This document shows, piece by piece, positions 26,045 to 40,447 of a stretch of 64,000 bases of DNA. Source of the stretch: an uncultured Chloroflexia bacterium. Its GTDB lineage: Bacteria > Chloroflexota > Dehalococcoidia > UBA2979. The notes under the pieces are model-generated. The model searched no databases. It was not told where the DNA came from and was given only the letters and a program-made list of their open reading frames with translations. The stretch covers positions 1,056,001 through 1,120,000 of the forward strand of contig CAVSIV010000006.1 of the NCBI GenBank assembly GCA_963728205.1. Reading direction: 5' to 3'. The stretch's first letter is position 1. Each line of letters opens with the position of its first letter. The position numbers and the translations under genes were made by a program.

Positions 26045-27307
26045 ATGGAATCCGTGCTCAAGGCGGCGCTGGAGCAGTTCCACCGCGCGGCGGACCACCT
26101 CGGCCTCCCGGATCGGCACCGGGAGGTGCTGACGTCGTTCAAGACCGTCTACCAGACGCAGTTCCCGGTAGAGATGGACGACGGTTCGTTTCACGTCTTC
26201 GAGGGCTACCGCGTCCTCCACAACAACGCGCGCGGCCCCACGAAGGGCGGCCTGCGCTTCGCCGATCACGTCACGCTGGACGAGGTCCGCGCGCTCGCGA
26301 TGTGGATGACGTGGAAGTGCGCCGTCGTGAACATCCCGTTCGGCGGCGCGAAGGGCGGCGTGCGCGTCGATCCGAGCCGGCTCAGCAGCAACGAGCTGCA
26401 GAACCTCACGCGCCGCTTCACCTCGGAGATCATCCCGATCATCGGGCCCGACCAGGACATCCCCGCGCCGGACATGGGCACGAACCCCCAGATCATGGCG
26501 TGGATGATGGACACCTACTCGATGTCCAAGGGATACACGATCCCGTCGGTGGTCACCGGCAAGCCGGTCTCGCTCGGCGGCTCCGAGGGCCGGTACGAGG
26601 CGACCGGGCGCGGCCTGCTGTTCGTACTGGAGGAGCACCTGTCCGCGGACGGCGGCGTCCCCGGCCGGACGGTGGCGGTGCAGGGCTTCGGCAACGTCGG
26701 CGGCGTGACGGCCAAGCTCTTCCAGCAGGCCGGCGCGACGATCCAGTACATCTCCGACAAGGACATCGCGCTGTTCAACCGCGACGGCGTGGACGCGGCC
26801 GCCGCCTGGGCGCACGTCGACGGCGGCGGGTCGCTCCAGACCTGGATCGACGCGCATCCCGGCGCCGCCGAGCCGGTCGCGCACGAGGACCTGCTGCTGG
26901 CCGACGTCGACGTGCTCGTGCCGGCAGCGGTCCAGGGCGTGATCACCGAGCACAACGCCGGCAAGCTGCGGGCTCGGTTGATCCTCGAAGGCGCGAACGG
27001 TCCGACCACCCCGGACGCCGACAGCGTGCTGGAGGAGCGAAGCATCCCCGTGATCCCCGACATCCTCGCGAACGCCGGCGGCGTCACGGTTTCCTACTTC
27101 GAGTGGGTCCAGGCGCGGCAGTACATGCAGTGGACCGAGGAGCAGGTGAACGCCGAGCTGCGCCGGCTGATGACGAGCGCCTACCGCAACGTGCTCTCGC
27201 GCTGTCCCGAGGGCAGCCGCGGGATCTGCTCGCAGCGTGAGGCGGCGCAGTGGGTCGCGATCGAGCGCGTGACGGAAGCGATCGACCGGCGCGGCATCTT
27301 CCCCTAG
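26045..27307 (+). CDS. gdhA: Glu/Leu/Phe/Val dehydrogenase (glutamate dehydrogenase)
   Basis: GPTKGGLRF, GGAKGG, DIPAPD, VQGFGNVG, EGANGP, NAGGVTVSYFEW. Confidence 0.93.
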   Translation: MESVLKAALEQFHRAADHLGLPDRHREVLTSFKTVYQTQFPVEMDDGSFHVFEGYRVLHNNARGPTKGGLRFADHVTLDEVRALAMWMTWKCAVVNIPFGGAKGGVRVDPSRLSSNELQNLTRRFTSEIIPIIGPDQDIPAPDMGTNPQIMAWMMDTYSMSKGYTIPSVVTGKPVSLGGSEGRYEATGRGLLFVLEEHLSADGGVPGRTVAVQGFGNVGGVTAKLFQQAGATIQYISDKDIALFNRDGVDAAAAWAHVDGGGSLQTWIDAHPGAAEPVAHEDLLLADVDVLVPAAVQGVITEHNAGKLRARLILEGANGPTTPDADSVLEERSIPVIPDILANAGGVTVSYFEWVQARQYMQWTEEQVNAELRRLMTSAYRNVLSRCPEGSRGICSQREAAQWVAIERVTEAIDRRGIFP

Positions 27308-27312
27308 CGCGG

Positions 27313-27816
27313 CTACGCGGGCGCGGCGTCGCGGTCGCGGAGGTAGAAGAGGTAGTCGAGGTCGCCGGGGCTGTGGCCGCGCTCGGTGAGCAGCGCCGAC
27401 ACCTCGCCGCGATGGTGAATCGCGTGCTGTTCGACCTGGAGCAACATCTCGAGCCAGCTGCGGCCCCCCATCCGCGTCGTGAACACGCGGTCGAGATCGG
27501 CGTCGACCAGCCCCGCCACCCACCGGCGGTAGTCCGCGCGGACGCCGTCCGACCACGCGCGGATCGCGTCGACGCCGTCGACGCCGGTGGGGCCGGCGGG
27601 CGACGCGTCGGGGCGCGGACCGCCGAGCAGCATCGCTTGCCAGAAGGCGCGCGTGGCCGCCTGGTGCACGAGGAGCTGGCGAATGCTCCGCTCCGGGGCG
27701 CCGGCCGGAGCGGCAAGGTCGTCGCTCGACAGCGGCGTGGCGGCGTCGAGGAGGCGATGCGTCGCCCACGCGTCGTAGTCGATGAAGGACAGCAGTGCGT
27801 CGTGCAGCGAGGCCAT
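27313..27816 (-). CDS. DinB family protein
   Basis: YDAWAT, SIRQLLVH, QHAIHHRGEVSALL, PGDLDYL. Confidence 0.88.
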   Translation of the reverse strand: MASLHDALLSFIDYDAWATHRLLDAATPLSSDDLAAPAGAPERSIRQLLVHQAATRAFWQAMLLGGPRPDASPAGPTGVDGVDAIRAWSDGVRADYRRWVAGLVDADLDRVFTTRMGGRSWLEMLLQVEQHAIHHRGEVSALLTERGHSPGDLDYLFYLRDRDAAPA

Positions 27817-27838
27817 GCGACTCCCGTCGGGGCGGCGG

Positions 27839-28090
27839 TCAGTGGTTGCGCGATTGCTCCGAGAGCCAGCCGAGCTGCCGCAGCCGCTCGTGCTCGCGGG
27901 CGTGCGAGACGACGTCGTACAGGTAGCCGCCGCAGTCGCGGCAGCGCATGAGGGTGTGGCCGTTGGCGTCGTGCACGGGATGCAGCGCCGCCCGCTCGGG
28001 GCTCGCGGTGTCGGCGGCGACGCGATGCTCGCAGTCCCAGTAGCACCCATGTGGACAGAACGCACCGCCGGCGGCGGGTTCGTCGGTCAT
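27839..28090 (-). CDS. Small Cys/His-rich protein (83 aa) with C2H2-type motif
   Basis: ATGA overlap with the upstream gene; CPHGCYWDCEH and C-x2-C-x9-H-x3-H. Confidence 0.7.
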   Translation of the reverse strand: MTDEPAAGGAFCPHGCYWDCEHRVAADTASPERAALHPVHDANGHTLMRCRDCGGYLYDVVSHAREHERLRQLGWLSEQSRNH

Positions 28091-28842
28091 GCGGACGACT
28101 CCTCTCCGATCCTGGCGGCGATGAGCGAGAGCGCGTGCTTGACCACGGCGCCCTGCCGCGCGTCGAGCAGCGAATCGACCGTCGCCGCGACCTGCGCGTA
28201 GAGCGCGAGCGCCGCGCCGGCCGACGCGGCGAGCGACTCACCGCCCACGGCGAGCGCCGCATGCTGGCGCGCCGACCACGCCTCGCCTTCTGTCGTCGCC
28301 ACGCGATCCCAGAGCACGTTCTCGGTGTCATACAGGATGCGCCGGTGCACGGCGAGGATCCGCGCCAGGCGCAGCGCCAGCACGTTGCGCTGCACCGCGA
28401 CCGCCAGCGTCGCGCCGCGCTCCAGCGCGGCGACCAGCTTCTGCACCTCCTCGGCGTACCCCGTCACCTGCTCGGCGACCCAGCGATCGCACGCAGCCGC
28501 GACGTCGTCCCAGCGCCACGCGCGCGCCTCGTCACGCAGGGCCGCGCCGATGCCATCGGGGTCGTGGAGCAGCACGGCGCCGCGCCAGCCGGGCACCGCG
28601 CCGCCGAGGACGGCGGGATCCGCGAACGATGCACGCGTCGCAGCGGCCGTCGTCCAGGCGACCGAGACGAGGTGGCCGCCCCGCCGATCGAGGCGATAGC
28701 CGGGCCCCGCACCCTGCCGCTCCGCAATCACGCCGACGTCGATGTCCGAGTGCGTCGACGCATCGCCGCGCGCATGGCTCCCGGCAAGCCAGACCGCGCG
28801 CGCCCCGCGCGCCGCCAGCTCGTCGACCAGGGGGCCGAGCAC
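28087..28842 (-). CDS. Pol-beta-type nucleotidyltransferase with helical C-terminal domain
   Basis: GSHARGDASTHSDIDVGV (GS...DxD motif); size and layout resemble kanamycin nucleotidyltransferase-like proteins. Confidence 0.8.
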   Translation of the reverse strand: MLGPLVDELAARGARAVWLAGSHARGDASTHSDIDVGVIAERQGAGPGYRLDRRGGHLVSVAWTTAAATRASFADPAVLGGAVPGWRGAVLLHDPDGIGAALRDEARAWRWDDVAAACDRWVAEQVTGYAEEVQKLVAALERGATLAVAVQRNVLALRLARILAVHRRILYDTENVLWDRVATTEGEAWSARQHAALAVGGESLAASAGAALALYAQVAATVDSLLDARQGAVVKHALSLIAARIGEESSA

Positions 28843-28939
28843 GGACTCAGGCGCCGAATGCAGAGGAGTCCCTGACGTTCGTCAATCCCTCATGTAGCAG
28901 GAAAGTGCAATAATTAGTCACTGAGGCGGGGGCCGTCGG

Positions 28940-29257
28940 ATGACCATCCTCATCGGCATGGTAGCCATCGAGTTCCTGGGCATGCTCGCCCTGGCCGGGC
29001 TGCACATGGTCGGCCTGGGCGAGGGGCCGTGGATGCTACCCTCGCACGCCGCCATCCCCGTCGCCTTCGTGATCGGCTTTTTCGGCACCTACGCCCTGGG
29101 ACGCGCACTCGACGTGATCGACGTCGGCCAGATCGACGCGTATCGCGACCGTGTCGACGCGATGAGCGCGATGGCTGAGTCCGGCCGGCGCGTCCGTGCG
29201 ACCACGCACCGCGCTCCGCGACGCCTCCAGCGCCGCGCGGTGATCATCGAATACTGA
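28940..29257 (+). CDS. Small 2-TM hypothetical protein
   Basis: Two hydrophobic segments, typical codon bias. Confidence 0.65.
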   Translation: MTILIGMVAIEFLGMLALAGLHMVGLGEGPWMLPSHAAIPVAFVIGFFGTYALGRALDVIDVGQIDAYRDRVDAMSAMAESGRRVRATTHRAPRRLQRRAVIIEY

Positions 29258-29286
29258 GCAGGCGCGCGCCGCGCCCGCGGGCGTCC

Positions 29287-31221
<1,935 letters not shown>

Positions 31222-31356
31222 GGGGCACCTCCGTGGGGCTGCGGCGTGCGGTGCCGGGTGTGCGGGGAAGTCGATCGAGAGTAGCCCGCGCGCGCTACGC
31301 CGAACAAGGCGCGGTCCGGAGCGGCGCGCAACGCCGGCGCGGCTAGAATCTCGCGC

Positions 31357-32067
31357 ATGAGCCCTGCAGCACGCCCCACGCCACGCGACGTCGTCGCGAT
31401 CCTGGTCGCCGCCGGGCGGTCGGCCCGCATGGCCGGCGAGGACAAGCTCTGGGCCGACCTCGGCGGTGCGCCGCTCGTCGCGCGCTCGCTGCGGATGCTC
31501 GCCCGCGTCGGCGGGGTGCGCACGGTCGTCGTCGTCGCGCCGGCCGCGCGCCACGCGGCGCTGCGCGCGCTGCTGCCCCCGGGCGGGACCGCGGAGCTCG
31601 TCTGCGTCGAGGGCGGCGCGCGGCGGCAGGACTCCGTCGCCGCCGGCATCGCCGCGGCGCCGAACGCCGCGTGGTACCTCGTGCACGACGCCGCGCGCCC
31701 GCTCGCGAGCGCGAGCCTCGCGCGCGCGGCGCTCGACGCCGCGCGCGACGCCGGCGCAGCGATCCCCGGCCTCCCCGTGATCGACACGATCAAGCGCGTT
31801 GACGCCGCCGGTCGCGTCACGGAGACGCTCGACCGCGCGCTGCTGCGCCGGGTGCAGACGCCGCAGGCGTTCGACGGCGACCTCCTCCGCCGCGCGCACC
31901 GCGAGGTCCGCGACGACGTGACCGACGACGCGGCGATGGTCGAGCGCCTCGGCGCACCGGTGGTCGTCGTGGCCGGCGAGCTGAGGAACGTCAAGGTCAC
32001 GTTCCTCCGCGACCTCGCGGTCGTGCGCGACCTCGCGGCGGCGATCGACGCGGAAGCAGGCGCGTGA
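31357..32067 (+). CDS. ispD: 2-C-methyl-D-erythritol 4-phosphate cytidylyltransferase
   Basis: AAG.S.RM, RQDSV, VHDAARP, QTPQAF, TDD, NVKVT. Confidence 0.93.
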   Translation: MSPAARPTPRDVVAILVAAGRSARMAGEDKLWADLGGAPLVARSLRMLARVGGVRTVVVVAPAARHAALRALLPPGGTAELVCVEGGARRQDSVAAGIAAAPNAAWYLVHDAARPLASASLARAALDAARDAGAAIPGLPVIDTIKRVDAAGRVTETLDRALLRRVQTPQAFDGDLLRRAHREVRDDVTDDAAMVERLGAPVVVVAGELRNVKVTFLRDLAVVRDLAAAIDAEAGA

Positions 32068-32555
32068 TGCGCATCGGCAACGGCTACGACGTGCACCGCT
32101 TCCGCGTCGACGGCGATGGCCGGACGCTCCGCCTCGGCGGCATCGACGTCCCGGGCGCGCCGCGCCTCGAGGGCCACTCCGACGGCGACGCGCTGATCCA
32201 CGCGCTGATCGACGCGCTGCTCGGCGCCGCCGGCGAGGGCGACATCGGCCGCCACTTCCCGCCCGGCGACCCCGAGTTCCACGACATCGACAGCGCCGAG
32301 CTTCTGCGCCGCGTCGGGCGCCTGGTCGCCTCGCGCGGGCTGCGGGTGCAGAACGTCGACGCCACGATCATCGCGGAGCGCCCGCGGCTGGGCGCGCACC
32401 TCGACGCCATGCGCGACGCGCTGGCGCTCGCGCTGGGCATCGAGCCGCGGCAGGTGAACGTGAAGGCGACGACGAACGAGGGTCTGGGCGCCATCGGCGC
32501 CGGCGAGGCGATCGCCGCGCTGGCGGTGGCGCTCCTCGATGACGCGGTACGATAG
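32064..32555 (+). CDS. ispF: 2-C-methyl-D-erythritol 2,4-cyclodiphosphate synthase
   Basis: GYDVH, GHSDGD, GDIG.HFP, VKATTNEGLG. Confidence 0.95.
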   Translation: MMRIGNGYDVHRFRVDGDGRTLRLGGIDVPGAPRLEGHSDGDALIHALIDALLGAAGEGDIGRHFPPGDPEFHDIDSAELLRRVGRLVASRGLRVQNVDATIIAERPRLGAHLDAMRDALALALGIEPRQVNVKATTNEGLGAIGAGEAIAALAVALLDDAVR

Positions 32556-32741
32556 GCCGCCTCATGGCAACGCTTCGTCTCCATGGGCCGCGCGAGCGCG
32601 CGCCGCGACCGTCGAGCGGCCGGCACCCGTGCGCGTGTCCTCGCGGGCGCGACCGGGCCTGTGCCCCGGCGCGCCCGGTCCTTCCGTGTCGGGAAGGACG
32701 CTGCGCGCGTTACGCTCGAACCGCACCACGAGGAACCGCCC

Positions 32742-33445
32742 ATGAACTGGCTGACGCGACTCCGCGAGGACGTGCAGGCCGCCCGCGACCGTGACCCGGC
32801 GGCGCGCTCCGCGCTCGAGATCCTCATCACGTACCCGGGTCTCCACGCCCTGCTCATCCATCGCCTCACGCGCCGCCTCTGGCTCGCACACCACACGCTC
32901 GCCGCGCGGCTCATCTCGCACCTCGGCCGCGCTCTGACCGGCATCGAGATCCACCCCGGCGCCCGCATCGGTCGGCGCTGCTTCATCGATCACGGCATGG
33001 GCATCGTGATCGGCGAGACGGCCGTGATCGGCGACGATTGCCACCTCTTCCAGGGCGTGACGCTCGGCGGGACGTCGACGCGCCGCGAGAAGCGCCACCC
33101 GACGCTCGAGGACCACGTGGTCGTGGGTGCCGGGGCGAAGATCATCGGCGCGATCACCGTCGGCGCCGGGGCGCGCATCGGCGCGGGGGCCGTGGTGGTG
33201 GCGAGCGTGCCGCCCCATGCGACCGTCGTCGGCGTGCCGGGGCACGTCGTCGCGTACACGAACCAGAGCAACGAGACGGTCGAGCGGCTGCCCGACCCCG
33301 AGTGGGACCGGCTGGAGGCGCTGGAGCGGCGGCTCGACCGCATCGAGGCACACCTCTCCGAGCCCCCGCCGCCCGCGACGAACGGCCGCGCCGGCGCGCA
33401 GGCCGCCGCCGAGCCCGCGCAGTCGCCCGAGGGGAGCGTCGACTG

Positions 33446-33446
<1 letters not shown>
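32742..33446 (+). CDS. cysE: Serine O-acetyltransferase
   Basis: [33 protein letters not shown]. Confidence 0.95.
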
Positions 33447-34891
<1,445 letters not shown>

Positions 34892-34931
34892 CACCGACGC
34901 CGCCCCCGGTCGGGCGGCACCACCGGAGAAA

Positions 34932-34961
34932 TTGACCCTGCGGGAGGCCCCTTCCTATACT
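34932..34961 (+). promoter_or_regulatory. Promoter of the tRNA-tuf operon
   Basis: TTGACC-N18-TATACT. Confidence 0.65.
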
Positions 34962-35027
34962 GTTCGATGGTCGCGCTCCGCTCGTCGGAGTGCGATTATT
35001 TCTCTGTGGCGTCTCGCCGCGCACTTC

Positions 35028-35103
35028 GCCCGAGTGGCGCAATGGCAGCGCAACCGACTTGTAATCGGTAGGTTAGTGGGTTCGACTCCCCTCTCGGGCT
35101 CCA
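35028..35103 (+). tRNA. tRNA-Thr(TGT)
   Basis: Acceptor GCCCGAG/CTCGGGC, anticodon arm ACCGA-CTTGTAA-TCGGT, TTCGA loop, encoded CCA. Confidence 0.95.
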
Positions 35104-35178
35104 CCCGGAATCATCGTGGGGGCGACTCACAGCCGATGCGCCGCGGTATGCGCGTGGCGTGGACGGAGGAGAGACCGG

Positions 35179-35264
35179 GCAGGGGTGGGAGAGTGGCTAA
35201 TTCCAGCGGACTGTAAATCCGCCGCCTTACGGCTACGCAGGTTCGAATCCTGCCCCCTGCACCA
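35179..35264 (+). tRNA. tRNA-Tyr(GTA)
   Basis: Acceptor GCAGGGG/CCCCTGC, GCGGA-CTGTAAA-TCCGC, long variable arm, CCA. Confidence 0.95.
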
Positions 35265-35314
35265 CCAGCCCGTCTTCACGCCGGCCTGCGCGTGCGCGGA
35301 CCGGGTGGGCCGGG

Positions 35315-35390
35315 GCCCACATAGCTCAGTCGGCAGAGCGCGTTCTTGGTAAGAACGAGGTCATGAGTTCGAATCTCATTGTGGGCTCCA
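35315..35390 (+). tRNA. tRNA-Thr(GGT)
   Basis: Acceptor GCCCACA/TGTGGGC, anticodon GGT in GTTCTTGGTAAGAAC, CCA. Confidence 0.95.
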
Positions 35391-35498
35391 CTTCATCCAT
35401 GCCCTGCCGCGCGTAACGCGCTGCACGAGACGTTGACCCAGTCGGAACGAGAGCCGGGAGAGCGCCCGCGACGCGGCGACGGCTAGAGGAGAGCGAAC

Positions 35499-36698
<1,200 letters not shown>

Positions 36699-36710
36699 GA
36701 GGGGGCGGCG

Positions 36711-36872
36711 ATGGCGAAGGGCGACCGGATCGACATCACGCTCGCGTGCACGGAGTGTCGATCGCGCACGTACCATACGAAGAAGAACCGGCGGAACGAC
36801 ACAGAGCGGCTGGAACTGAAGAAGTACTGCCCGCGCTGCCGCTGCCAGCAGACACACCGGGAAACGCGCTAG
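36711..36872 (+). CDS. rpmG: 50S ribosomal protein L33 (Zn-binding form)
   Basis: Manual translation [43 protein letters not shown]...HRETR. Confidence 0.95.
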   Translation: MAKGDRIDITLACTECRSRTYHTKKNRRNDTERLELKKYCPRCRCQQTHRETR

Positions 36873-36926
36873 CGCGATTCAGCGCGCGCGGCGAGCTCGT
36901 CGCCACGCGGGGGTCAGGAGCACAGC

Positions 36927-37244
36927 ATGGGCCGTGAGGCCCGGCGGGCGCAGGCTCGCCAGGAACGCAGGCAGAAGCAGCAGAAGGCGCAGGCGCGTCA
37001 GCGTCCGCCGGCGCTCAGCGCGCCCCCGGCGCCCGACCAGGCGCGGCGCGGTGGCGGCTCGCTGCTCAAGCCGCGCTGGGCGACGGACATCATCAGCGAA
37101 CTGCGCAAGGTCACCTGGCCGTCGCGCCAGGAAGTCATGCACCTCACGATCGTGGTCATCGTCGTCTCGCTGGTCATCGGCATGATCCTCGGGTCCGCGG
37201 ACCTCGCGTTCGGCTGGTTCATCCAGCACGTCGTGCTGCCGTAA
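36927..37244 (+). CDS. secE: Preprotein translocase SecE
   Basis: ELRKVTWPSRQE plus a single TM; position between rpmG and nusG. Confidence 0.92.
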   Translation: MGREARRAQARQERRQKQQKAQARQRPPALSAPPAPDQARRGGGSLLKPRWATDIISELRKVTWPSRQEVMHLTIVVIVVSLVIGMILGSADLAFGWFIQHVVLP

Positions 37245-37255
37245 GGGGACGTCCG

Positions 37256-37858
37256 ATGACGAATCGACCGACGGCCGACGAAGAAGTCGGGGTGACAGAG
37301 GGCGCCGATGAACAGCCCGACGACGGGCGCGCCTGGTACATCGTGCAGACCTACTCGGGCTACGAGAACAAGGTCAAGACGAACCTCGATCAGCGCATCA
37401 AGTCCATGGACATGGGGAACAAGATCTTCCAGGTGATCATCCCCACCGAGGACGAGATCGAGATCCGCGACGGCCAGCGACGCACCGTCCAGAAGAAGCT
37501 CTTCCCGGGCTACGTCTTCGTCCAGATGGTGATGGACGACGACTCCTGGTACGTCGTGCGCAACACGCCGGGCGTCACCGGCTTCGCCGGCGCGCAGCAG
37601 GACGACCGCTCGAAGCCGACGCCGCTGGCCGACGCCGAGGTGGACAAGATCCTGCGTCAGATGGACACCGGGCAGCCGCGCATCAACGTGGGCTTCCAGG
37701 TCGGCGAGACGGTGCTGGTCACCGACGGGCCGTTCAGCGACATGATCGGGGTCGTGGACTCGATCGACCTCGACCGCGGGCGCGTTCGCGTCATGGTGTC
37801 GATGTTTGGCCGGGAGACTCCGGTCGAACTCGACTTCCTGCAGGTCGAGAAGCAATAA
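37256..37858 (+). CDS. nusG: Transcription factor NusG
   Basis: WYIVQTYSGYENKV, FPGYV, KOW, FGRETPVEL. Confidence 0.97.
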   Translation: MTNRPTADEEVGVTEGADEQPDDGRAWYIVQTYSGYENKVKTNLDQRIKSMDMGNKIFQVIIPTEDEIEIRDGQRRTVQKKLFPGYVFVQMVMDDDSWYVVRNTPGVTGFAGAQQDDRSKPTPLADAEVDKILRQMDTGQPRINVGFQVGETVLVTDGPFSDMIGVVDSIDLDRGRVRVMVSMFGRETPVELDFLQVEKQ

Positions 37859-37932
37859 CCGAAAACAGGGAGTCGGAGCGCGTGGCCGGCAGCGATCCGC
37901 CGCGACGTGCGCGCGTGGACAGGTAGGACGAG

Positions 37933-38355
37933 ATGGCGAAAAAGGTGCGCGCGGTGGTGACGCTCCAGATCCCGGCGGGACAGGCGAACCCTGCACCCCC
38001 GGTTGGCACCGCCCTCGGTCCGCACGGCATCAACATCATGGACTTCTGCAAGGCCTACAACGAGCAGACGCGTGAGAAGGCCGGCGCGATCATCCCGGCG
38101 CGGATCACGATCTTCGAGGACCGGTCCTTCAACTTCGTCCTCAAGACGCCGCCCGCGTCCGACCTGCTGCGCAAGGCGGCGGGCGTCGACAAGGGTGGGG
38201 CCAGCCAGCTCCGTGAGAAGGTCGGCTCGGTGACCGGGGCGCAGGTGCGCGAGATCGCGCAGACGAAGCTCCCGGACCTGAACACCAACGATATCGGTCA
38301 GGCCGTCAAGATCATCGAGGGCACCGCCCGGTCGATGGGGATCGAGGTCAAGTAA
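37933..38355 (+). CDS. rplK: 50S ribosomal protein L11
   Basis: [28 protein letters not shown]. Confidence 0.98.
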   Translation: MAKKVRAVVTLQIPAGQANPAPPVGTALGPHGINIMDFCKAYNEQTREKAGAIIPARITIFEDRSFNFVLKTPPASDLLRKAAGVDKGGASQLREKVGSVTGAQVREIAQTKLPDLNTNDIGQAVKIIEGTARSMGIEVK

Positions 38356-39074
38356 TGCCCAAGGTCGCGAAGCGCATCGCCGAGACCCGCACCAAGGTCG
38401 ATCGCGACACCACGTACGAACCACGCGACGCCGTGCGTCTCGTCAAGGAGTGCGCCACGGCGAAGTTCGACGAGACCGTCGAGCTCCACCTGCGCACCGG
38501 CCTCGACGGCCGCCATGCCGACCAGCAGCTGCGCGGCTCGGTCGTGCTCCCGCACGGTCTGGGCAAGAACGTGCGCGTGGCCGTCTTCGCCGACGGCGAC
38601 GCGGCGCGCGAGGCACAGGCTGCCGGCGCCGACGTCGTCGGGGCGGACGACCTCATCCAGCGCGTGCAGGGCGGCTTCACGGACTTCGACGTCGCGCTCG
38701 CACAGCGCGAGTTGATGGGCAAGGTCGGCGGCCTCGGCCGCATCCTCGGCCCGCGCGGCCTGATGCCGAACCCGCGCAACAACACGGTGGTTGCCGGAGA
38801 GGACATCGCGCGCGCCGTGCGCGAGGCGAAGGCCGGACGCGCGGAGTTCCGCCTCGACCGCACCAACCTGATCCATTGCGCGATCGGCAAGGCCTCGTTC
38901 AGCGATGACCAGCTGTTCGAGAACCTCCAGTCCGTCGTCAGCGAGATCGTGAAGAACCGGCCCGCCGGCGCGAAGGGGCAGCTGCTCCGTGGCGCGACGC
39001 TGACGTCGACGATGGGGCCGGGCGTGCCGATCGACGTGAACCAGATGCAGGCGCTGGCTGCCGCGACGGCGTAG
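38355..39074 (+). CDS. rplA: 50S ribosomal protein L1
   Basis: KFDETVE, LPHGLGK, LGPRGLMPNP, STMGPG. Confidence 0.98.
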   Translation: MPKVAKRIAETRTKVDRDTTYEPRDAVRLVKECATAKFDETVELHLRTGLDGRHADQQLRGSVVLPHGLGKNVRVAVFADGDAAREAQAAGADVVGADDLIQRVQGGFTDFDVALAQRELMGKVGGLGRILGPRGLMPNPRNNTVVAGEDIARAVREAKAGRAEFRLDRTNLIHCAIGKASFSDDQLFENLQSVVSEIVKNRPAGAKGQLLRGATLTSTMGPGVPIDVNQMQALAAATA

Positions 39075-39144
39075 CGGGCCGCAGGCCGCGTGAGCGGTGG
39101 ACGGTACGAGCCGTCCACCGCAGACTGAGGATAGCAACGTACCG

Positions 39145-39210
39145 CCGCAGACTACGGGTCCCTTCCCACGTGGAAGGGGTAATGGCCGGGGACCGGCCGC
39201 CCGTACAGGT
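39145..39210 (+). ncRNA. L10 ribosomal leader (autoregulatory RNA)
   Basis: CCGCAGAC-TACGGG...TAAT...CCCGTA-CAGG upstream of rplJ, matching the L10-leader layout. Confidence 0.7.
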
Positions 39211-39325
39211 GGGAGCCAGGCAACGAACGGGTGCCACGCGCGCCCGGCTCGCTCGCCCTCCCGCCCTGAGGCGTGGAGGGCGTTTTGGTTCCCCCCGGGA
39301 CCGGCGCCGAGCGAAGGAGGAGCGC

Positions 39326-39862
39326 TTGCCCACGGAACGCAAGGTGGCGCAGGTGGCGGAGATCACGGACCTCATCCGCGACGCCGAGATCGCGATCTCG
39401 ACCGCGTACCAGGGGATCTCGGTCGCGGAGCAGGTCGAGCTGCGGGCCACGCTGAGCGAGGCCGGCGCGCAGATGCGCGTGGTGAAGAACACGCTGCTGC
39501 GCATCGCGGCGCGCGACGCCGGCCTGGACGACTTCGCGGCGCTCGCCGAGGGACCGACCGCGCTGGTCGTCGGATACGACGAGCCGCTGAGCGCGGCGAA
39601 GGCGCTGGCCGGCTACCTGCGGGCGCACCCGAACTCGCCCGTGAAGATCCGGCGCGCCGTGGTCAGCGGCCAGCTCGTCGACGCGACCTACGTGTCGGAC
39701 CTGGCGACCGTGCCGCCGCGCGAAGAACTGCTCGCGCGCATCGCGGGCGGGCTGGTTGGCCAGCTGACCCAGTTCATGCTGCTGGTCCAGGCGACGACTC
39801 GCGAGTTCGCCGGCCTGGTGGAAGCGCGCGCGGTCCAGCTCGAAGGCGGCGCGGCGGAGTAA
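39326..39862 (+). CDS. rplJ: 50S ribosomal protein L10
   Basis: TTG start after AAGGAGGAG; YQGISV, VVKNTL, GPTAL. Confidence 0.95.
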   Translation: MPTERKVAQVAEITDLIRDAEIAISTAYQGISVAEQVELRATLSEAGAQMRVVKNTLLRIAARDAGLDDFAALAEGPTALVVGYDEPLSAAKALAGYLRAHPNSPVKIRRAVVSGQLVDATYVSDLATVPPREELLARIAGGLVGQLTQFMLLVQATTREFAGLVEARAVQLEGGAAE

Positions 39863-39940
39863 GCGGACACCCACGCGCGCGCTGCGCGCAGCAACCACGC
39901 GAACACAGCACCGGTGTGCGCCGGGATGAAGGAGCGGATC

Positions 39941-40321
39941 ATGAGCAAGGTCGAAGACGCCCTCGAGATCATCAAGGGCATGACGATCCTCGAGCTGCGC
40001 GACCTGAACAAGGCGATCGAGGACGAGTTCGGCGTGACGGCGGCGGCGCCGGTTGCGGTTGCAGCGGCCCCCGCCGGCGGCGGCGCGGCTGCCGAGGCCG
40101 TGGAGGAGAAGGACGAGTTCAACGTCGTCCTCAAGGACTTCGGCGCCAACAAGATCAACGTGATCAAGGTCGTGCGCGAGCTCACCTCGCTCGGCCTGAA
40201 GGACGCCAAGGACCTGGTCGAGGCCGCGCCGAAGCCGGTCAAGGAAGGCGTGAACAAGGCCGACGCCGAGTCCGCGAAGGCCAAGCTCGAGGAGGCCGGC
40301 GCGACGGTCGAGCTGACCTAG
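39941..40321 (+). CDS. rplL: 50S ribosomal protein L7/L12
   Basis: [37 protein letters not shown]. Confidence 0.98.
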   Translation: MSKVEDALEIIKGMTILELRDLNKAIEDEFGVTAAAPVAVAAAPAGGGAAAEAVEEKDEFNVVLKDFGANKINVIKVVRELTSLGLKDAKDLVEAAPKPVKEGVNKADAESAKAKLEEAGATVELT

Positions 40322-40447
40322 CGCCGCGGGTTCCGCGTGTCCGCCGGCGGCACGCCGGCGGTCGCATCGCGACCTCAATCGCCCGGCGGGGCGGCATCGC
40401 GGACGTCCGCAGTTGCCGCCGCGCCGGGCGATTTGTAGGCTCGCACC

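Noticed and set aside
35028-35390. tRNA cluster as a prophage or ICE integration site
   Set aside because: No integrase and no duplicated tRNA 3' end seen in the window.
39095-39153. Duplicated CCGCAGACT and hairpin after rplA as a novel repeat
   Set aside because: Explained by a terminator-like hairpin plus the start of the L10 leader; a 9-mer repeat is plausible by chance.
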